Positions 58,929 through 64,000 of a stretch of 64,000 nt of DNA are shown here, piece by piece (the first letter of the stretch is position 1; every line of letters begins with the position of its first letter). The notes below the pieces were generated by a model. The model was given only the letters and a program-made list of their open reading frames with translations, searched no databases and was not told the DNA's origin. This DNA comes from Bacteroidales bacterium (GTDB lineage: Bacteria > Bacteroidota > Bacteroidia > Bacteroidales > UBA932), in assembly GCA_017549505.1 (NCBI GenBank), contig JAFYUS010000048.1, positions 9,163 to 73,162 of the forward strand, given 5' to 3'. The position numbers and the translations under genes are program-made.

Positions 58929-59798
58929 ATGATAGTAGTTGCCAACAAGAAAAGGAAAATGGAGAAAATCCAGGAAGAATATCCTGGAGCATATATCCTT
59001 GACATAACGTCATCATCTCCATTCGAATATGGTCGTCTATTAAGCCCATTTTATCCACATAAAAACATACCAATACCAGGTGACTCTAGAGGAATGACTG
59101 CATATAGTGTCGAAGGTATATGGCAAGGCCTTAAAGTATTTGAAAATGCTGGAATAGACATGCACTCGTTCAGAAACGATACAATGAAGGACATCAAACG
59201 CACAGTCAGAAAGTTTGGTCGACCTCTTGGTCACCAGAACGGCGTATATTCAAAAGAGTTGCTAAACTACCTAGATGCTAAACGCCTCATATATGCTCCC
59301 GCGTATAAATATGTGCTAGAAAACGTTCCCAAAGTCAGAGCTATCGTTGAAAGAATACGCCAAAAAGCACAAGAATCGGATATCGTTCTGCTCGACTACA
59401 ACATTAACCCAGACAATCGTGACGCATCAAAGCCACTATCTCATGCAGAGTTAGTCAAAATGTACATTGAAGATCGATATCCTGAAACAGACAAGGATTT
59501 CCGTCCATGGACGCCAGATGAATTAAAAGAACTAAAGAAGTCTAGCAAGAGGAATACCACAACTGCAAGAGTAAAAGTATCAGCATCCGATCTTGACAAA
59601 TACAAGGAGGACATTGTTAAAATATTGAAAAAAGACGAACGGACGGCTTCTGACATAGCAACAATGTTGGGCATAACTGTAAACTCCACATTATTAAAAA
59701 AATACTTAGAAAAATTTCCAAACATCTCTATTCAACGGAGAAAGAATAGATACATTTTCTCTTTAAAAGAACAAAACGAAGATTCCACCCTATTCTAA
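58929..59798 (+). CDS. NADAR-like (DUF6939-type) putative ADP-ribosylhydrolase antitoxin with C-terminal winged-helix-like domain
   Basis: ILDITSSS..G.LLSPFY, SVEGIWQGLKVFE and LLDYNINP parallel the motifs of DarT1-associated NADARs; C-terminal DIVKILKK..TASDIATMLGI..RYIFSL is wHTH-like; 44 nt after darT. Confidence 0.65.
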   Translation: MIVVANKKRKMEKIQEEYPGAYILDITSSSPFEYGRLLSPFYPHKNIPIPGDSRGMTAYSVEGIWQGLKVFENAGIDMHSFRNDTMKDIKRTVRKFGRPLGHQNGVYSKELLNYLDAKRLIYAPAYKYVLENVPKVRAIVERIRQKAQESDIVLLDYNINPDNRDASKPLSHAELVKMYIEDRYPETDKDFRPWTPDELKELKKSSKRNTTTARVKVSASDLDKYKEDIVKILKKDERTASDIATMLGITVNSTLLKKYLEKFPNISIQRRKNRYIFSLKEQNEDSTLF

Positions 59799-59823
59799 CT
59801 TTATAACTGCAACTTAACAGATT

Positions 59824-60924
59824 ATGGTCGATACAGATCAATTACTCAAAAAGCTCCAAGAAAACAACCTTACCCACTGGAAGAAAGCACCAGAAGGCTA
59901 TTGGAATGGCACAGGACTTAATAAACTTGAGTCGTGTGCATATTATGCTGTATTATCATCACTCAGCAAAGAAGAACTCTCAGAGATCTTACCAGTTGTA
60001 AAGAATTGGCCACTCTCCTCCAACATCGTAGAGAGAATAAAAAAGACTCTTAATCCCGAACCATATAACCCTATTAAGCGAAATGAGAATGTCGATACTA
60101 TCTTAAAGCGTTTCCTTGACAAGAAGAGCAAAAGAGTTGTCGAGAGTAGAAAGGAGCTCAAAAAGAGATTCGAGTATCTTGACTTCAAGGATCAGAAGAA
60201 GATTATCAATGCCTTTCTGGAATCACCTAACAGCAACGATGTAGAGTGGGGCGGATATCAAGCTGGATTGCATTGGGATGAATGTTTTATAGGGCCGTTA
60301 ACAAAAGCCTTTGAAAGGAAATTACACCTTGATGTCATCATCACAATCATACGACATTTCCCTATAGAATTTGTGAAGCAGCACGAAGAAGTGTTGGCAT
60401 CCAGGGATAAAGAGGATCTATGCATCAGACTCGGTAATGAACAAGGATTCTCACTTGATAAGTACGACCTCTATATTTTTGAGTATCTGTACATCTTGGC
60501 AACACTTAAACGTGAAGTTCCTGAAAACGAAGAGGAAATCGAGAAACGGGTTTTCATATTCCTTTACAAACAGGTTGTGCGAGAAGACTCTGGCCATAGT
60601 TTCGGATGGGGATTTAGTTTTACTGACTTCCCTGAGTTACGTAAGATGATATGGGCTCTTGGGCAGCTTAAAATGCCGAACATTGTTCTCAAGATTCTTG
60701 ATTGCCAGGCATATATATTAGAGAATCAGACAGAAGGAACCAATGCAGAGTCGATATGGTTAGCAAGAAAATGGATTGAGGAAGTCTGGGACTATGAAGG
60801 GAAGGAGGATTTGCTCAATCACCTAGTCATGGTTGATGGATGGAATGTTGTAGATTATCGAGACTTCGACGACCTACCACCGGACGTTATTGAGTTCATC
60901 GAATCAGATACAGACTTCTCTTAA
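59824..60924 (+). CDS. Hypothetical, predominantly alpha-helical cytoplasmic protein
   Basis: 366-aa ORF 25 nt after the previous gene; no signal peptide; no recognised catalytic motif. Confidence 0.75.
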   Translation: MVDTDQLLKKLQENNLTHWKKAPEGYWNGTGLNKLESCAYYAVLSSLSKEELSEILPVVKNWPLSSNIVERIKKTLNPEPYNPIKRNENVDTILKRFLDKKSKRVVESRKELKKRFEYLDFKDQKKIINAFLESPNSNDVEWGGYQAGLHWDECFIGPLTKAFERKLHLDVIITIIRHFPIEFVKQHEEVLASRDKEDLCIRLGNEQGFSLDKYDLYIFEYLYILATLKREVPENEEEIEKRVFIFLYKQVVREDSGHSFGWGFSFTDFPELRKMIWALGQLKMPNIVLKILDCQAYILENQTEGTNAESIWLARKWIEEVWDYEGKEDLLNHLVMVDGWNVVDYRDFDDLPPDVIEFIESDTDFS

Positions 60925-60970
60925 GGGCTTAAAACAAACCAGATAGAATCAGTAATTATCTAGAAACTTT

Positions 60971-61780
60971 ATGAAACGATTTATATTCTTGATTGCAACA
61001 TTATCTGCAATCATATCATGCAGAAATACAACTCAATCAGCACAAGATAATAGCCTGGGCACAATGGCTATTCATTCGGCTATTCAGGAAATTGAGTCGT
61101 ACCTAGATTCTTTAGATCGCAATAGAGACATTCCTGCAGATGCAGTCCCCAACAAAGCGACAAGAGATTCAGCAAAGATCGTCTGGGAGTCATTTGTTCA
61201 GAAGTTCAGCGAAAGTAAGTATGAAGAAGCATATAATATATACAAAAACAACGGAGCAGATTTCAAGGTACACCTAACCCATTCTACTCCAAGATTCGTA
61301 TTCCTCAGCGAGGTCTTACACCCCCTTATGCAGGAGTATGAAAATCCTGATAGTCTGGACGCTAAATATCTTGACGAACTCGCATTTGAATACTATATGC
61401 AAGTCGCTTCCATTCAATTTGCAACAGAGGACAATCCATATATACCGGAAGTCCACCACCTTACAATCATTGATTACGGAAGAGCACTTAATAAAGCCGG
61501 AAGAAGAGAAGAAGCACTCAACCTTACACTAGAATTAAAGGATGCTGTTCTATTCCTTACAGAAGATGCAATGGAAGCTAATTATGCAATCGCTGCTTAT
61601 GGGGCATATCTGTTTTATGACTCAGGCGAAAACGAAGCTGCTATTGAGATTCTAGCTGGGCTGAAATCAAACATACTAACATGGTGGGAAGAAGATGCAG
61701 CCGAAGATTGGGCCGAAGAGTATTACAGCTATTACATCAAGGAAATTGACACTCTGATAAATATAATGGGTCACGAATGA
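60971..61780 (+). CDS. Hypothetical acidic lipoprotein with TPR-like C-terminal helices
   Basis: MKRFIFLIATLSAIISC lipobox; YGRALNKAGRREEAL and YDSGENEAAIEIL helical pairs. Confidence 0.7.
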   Translation: MKRFIFLIATLSAIISCRNTTQSAQDNSLGTMAIHSAIQEIESYLDSLDRNRDIPADAVPNKATRDSAKIVWESFVQKFSESKYEEAYNIYKNNGADFKVHLTHSTPRFVFLSEVLHPLMQEYENPDSLDAKYLDELAFEYYMQVASIQFATEDNPYIPEVHHLTIIDYGRALNKAGRREEALNLTLELKDAVLFLTEDAMEANYAIAAYGAYLFYDSGENEAAIEILAGLKSNILTWWEEDAAEDWAEEYYSYYIKEIDTLINIMGHE

Positions 61781-62187
61781 TGAAAACGACAAAAGATAAT
61801 CTCATAATTGGGATATTCCTTGTTCTGGGAACACTATTCGCATTATATATTGGATGTAGCTGTCTCATGGAATCAATCCAATACTACGAATTATTGTGGA
61901 TGAGAGCCGAAATAGTTGGAAAAATAGTCCTAATTATTTTGGGGATAGATTTACTCTTTTTGAATATCTCTGGCATCATATCCTGTATATCATTCTTTAA
62001 GACAGGGACAATATGGAAGCCGCTGATAAAAACAATCATATTAAACGTTGCCATATTGTTACTAATTGTATGTATTACGATATGTAACTTTAGATTATTC
62101 CCAGGTCTAAGTGTGATTACCACTACTATCAGTGGCGCGCTTTTATGGTGTCTATTTTCCATCTATAAAATCACTAAGCGACTATAA
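61777..62187 (+). CDS. Hypothetical 4-TM membrane protein
   Basis: Four hydrophobic segments; ATGA overlap with the upstream lipoprotein gene. Confidence 0.65.
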   Translation: MMKTTKDNLIIGIFLVLGTLFALYIGCSCLMESIQYYELLWMRAEIVGKIVLIILGIDLLFLNISGIISCISFFKTGTIWKPLIKTIILNVAILLLIVCITICNFRLFPGLSVITTTISGALLWCLFSIYKITKRL

Positions 62188-62269
62188 GGTTATAATGGTT
62201 ATACCCCTATCAGTACAGAAAATAAGCTAAGCATACCCGACAATTGCGATATTACACAACTAGCAACAG

Positions 62270-62354
62270 TCAAGTGCGGAGCGAGCTCGACCTAAAGGCT
62301 CGCTCCGCACTTGATCTGTAGGCGTCGGAGGGGGTATATTCCGCCGCCGGTGCC
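62270..62354. repeat. Two GC-rich hairpins
   Basis: Perfect 17-bp stem TCAAGTGCGGAGCGAGC / GCTCGCTCCGCACTTGA (62270-62314); GGCGTCGG..CCGGTGCC stem with two G-T pairs (62321-62354). Confidence 0.7.
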
Positions 62355-62404
62355 TGAAACAAGGAAAATTATAGGTATATTCGCAGAACTAATCCAATAC
62401 CAAC

Positions 62405-62833
62405 ATGGCAAAGATATATGTAGCAAGCAGCTGGAGAAACCAGTACTACCCTGATGTTGTGAAGAAACTCCTTGAATATGGCCACGAAGTATATGACTTC
62501 CGCAATCCGCCACACAATCATGGAGCCTTCATGTGGAAGGACATTGACCCTGACTTCGACAAATGGAATGTAGATCAGTACAAGCAAGGTCTGCAGCATC
62601 CTTCATCAGAAAGACAGTTCCAGGCAGATCTCGATGCACTTAACTGGGCTGACACATGTCTGCTTGTGCTTCCTTGTGGTCGTAGTGCCCATACCGAGGC
62701 CGGCTGGATGAAAGGTGCAGGCAAGAAGGTAATCGTCTATATCCCGGAAATGCAAGAAGCCGAACTTATGTATAAGTTATTCGACTTAGTAAGCGATAAC
62801 CTACTGGAAATTGACAATTTTCTTAAATCATAA
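62405..62833 (+). CDS. Nucleoside 2-deoxyribosyltransferase (NDT/Rcl)-like protein
   Basis: KIYVASSWRN, EVYDFRNP, DLDALNWAD..LLVLP, SAHTEAGW (catalytic Glu position) and GKKVIVY; -7-like TATATTCG at 62376-62383. Confidence 0.7.
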   Translation: MAKIYVASSWRNQYYPDVVKKLLEYGHEVYDFRNPPHNHGAFMWKDIDPDFDKWNVDQYKQGLQHPSSERQFQADLDALNWADTCLLVLPCGRSAHTEAGWMKGAGKKVIVYIPEMQEAELMYKLFDLVSDNLLEIDNFLKS

Positions 62834-62853
62834 AATATCATCTGATACCGAAT

Positions 62854-63684
62854 ATGGCACAGAATATATTACACGATTTATCTGAGCTGAGCTCATATAA
62901 GGAATCTCTTCTCAACACAAACGAAATTAACAGCGGCACCGACAACCCAGTGTGTACACCACCATCTGACACCCTCAATAAAACTATAGATACAAAAGAA
63001 CATGTTCAAGGTTTGAGGCTCAGATACGATGAACACATGCAGGCCGTCATAGCTGCCATACGCCTTATACCATACTTCTTTGAAAAGCACAATAAAGTAA
63101 CGAAGGTATCTTATAGTGAGCAATATCAGGTGATAAACATAAAAACAGGCGACAACCATTTATTTAGAATCAAATGGGAAAAGCCAGGAAGATTAAAGTC
63201 TATCGGATGTGCAAACAGGTATTTTGCATTTGTATCTGTTATGATCGGCTACGCGTATTTTTCCAAACTCGACAAAACAAAAGCAGAGATTATCGAAAAC
63301 GCTAAAGCAAGAATTTTCACTCTCTATGTTAACGATGTGGCAATTCTAAGATCTTCGTATAAGACAAACAATGTAAGGAAATTAGATGAATTTATAGCCG
63401 TACGTGACGCTGTTCTCGACAACCCGATTACCAACAAAGTTTTATATGTAGAAGCACTGGACTTTGTAGATAAGATAAAGCCAGTTTACAATGAATTCAG
63501 TTTCCCTAAAGTATTAAAATCCATCAAACCGACATCTGACATTACATTTAACTTCACAAGCAAAATATCAGTATATAAACAGAATCTCTTTATTTCTCCA
63601 ACAACAAGCAAGCCACATATTCCTGTTGGAGTATGCCTAGATAGTACTTCTGATAGGCGTGACAGATTTGACCACGACGATTAA
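62854..63684 (+). CDS. Hypothetical protein
   Basis: 276-aa ORF with AT-rich codons; no recognised motif. Confidence 0.6.
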   Translation: MAQNILHDLSELSSYKESLLNTNEINSGTDNPVCTPPSDTLNKTIDTKEHVQGLRLRYDEHMQAVIAAIRLIPYFFEKHNKVTKVSYSEQYQVINIKTGDNHLFRIKWEKPGRLKSIGCANRYFAFVSVMIGYAYFSKLDKTKAEIIENAKARIFTLYVNDVAILRSSYKTNNVRKLDEFIAVRDAVLDNPITNKVLYVEALDFVDKIKPVYNEFSFPKVLKSIKPTSDITFNFTSKISVYKQNLFISPTTSKPHIPVGVCLDSTSDRRDRFDHDD

Positions 63685-63689
63685 ATCAC

Positions 63690-63798
63690 AAAAAACAAAT
63701 AACCCTTGTTTAAGCGGCTATCGGAACTACAATCCGACTTCGCATAAACAAGGGTATTTTTCGGAACAGCAGGCTCCAATACTGGTCTACCAACTGCA
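63690..63798 (-). ncRNA. Candidate small RNA and/or bidirectional terminator
   Basis: -7 box TATATTTG on minus (63802-63809); long stem ACCCTTGTTTA..TAAACAAGGGT (63702-63755) with inner TCGGA-actacaa-TCCGA; U-rich tail on minus. Confidence 0.5.
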
Positions 63799-63840
63799 CT
63801 GCAAATATAGATATTATTTATACCGTTACAACAATTAGAA

Positions 63841-63999
63841 TCACTTTTCAAAGGTAACAAATTCAGCTTTATATGTCACTGGGGTAAGCTTGAAGTCTGG
63901 ATTACTAAGGAACGGATTTCCCATATCCCAAATCTTTGGTTTCTTACTCTTAACGCTTAAAACCATATAGATATGGTATGCTTCACCATATTCTACAGC
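63841..63999 (-). CDS. 3' end of a gene entering from the right, probable DUF3883 (PD-(D/E)XK-like) C-terminal domain
   Basis: Open frame AVEYGEAYHIYMVLSVKSKKPKIWDMGNPFLSNPDFKLTPVTYKAEFVTFEK-stop (not in the ORF track); the G..YHIY.V...PKI....NP pattern is typical of DUF3883 tails. Confidence 0.55.
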   Translation of the reverse strand, partial: AVEYGEAYHIYMVLSVKSKKPKIWDMGNPFLSNPDFKLTPVTYKAEFVTFEK

Positions 64000-64000
64000 T

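Larger units (their letters stand above)
56381..64000. mobile_element. Accessory/defence island (left junction about 56380; continues beyond the window)
   Basis: Interrupts the ATPase remnant; switch to A/T-ending codons judged by eye; orphan and conflict-type genes; GC-rich hairpin blocks; no integrase or transposase inside the window. Confidence 0.6.

Noticed and set aside
63721-63737. GGAACTACAAT / ATTGTAGTTCC resembling a type II CRISPR repeat end or tracrRNA
   Set aside because: Only about 11 nt, single copy, with no array or Cas gene in the window

Overview
Chromosomal segment of a gut/rumen-type Bacteroidales bacterium, inferred from TAnnTTTG -7 promoter boxes before many genes and from tamL-, DUF4621/DUF5723- and DUF3467-type genes. 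Positions 1-56.2 kb are mostly core or metabolic genes: pta, a CE6-GH51 fusion, a GH9, nrdD/nrdG, a GH13, rarA, rlmD, queA, pyrD, cinA, rlmB, tatAC, valS and glsA. This part also holds a candidate dif-like site (25144-25171), a repeated operator array upstream of an XRE regulator and a clean candidate sRNA (about 49976-50097, minus strand). From about 56.38 kb to the window end lies an AT-richer accessory island that appears to truncate an AAA/DUF4143 ATPase gene and starts with a cluster of GC-rich hairpins. Its first two genes are the main find, a DarTG1-like pair with unusual architecture. The first is a 670-aa membrane-anchored protein with a C-terminal DarT-type DNA ADP-ribosyltransferase domain and an SSB-like DDDLPF tail. 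The second is a NADAR-like (DUF6939-type) protein fused to a winged-helix-like domain. Orphan genes, an NDT-like enzyme, a second candidate sRNA and the 3' end of a probable DUF3883 nuclease-domain gene follow. All family calls come from motif recognition by eye; no database searches were run.
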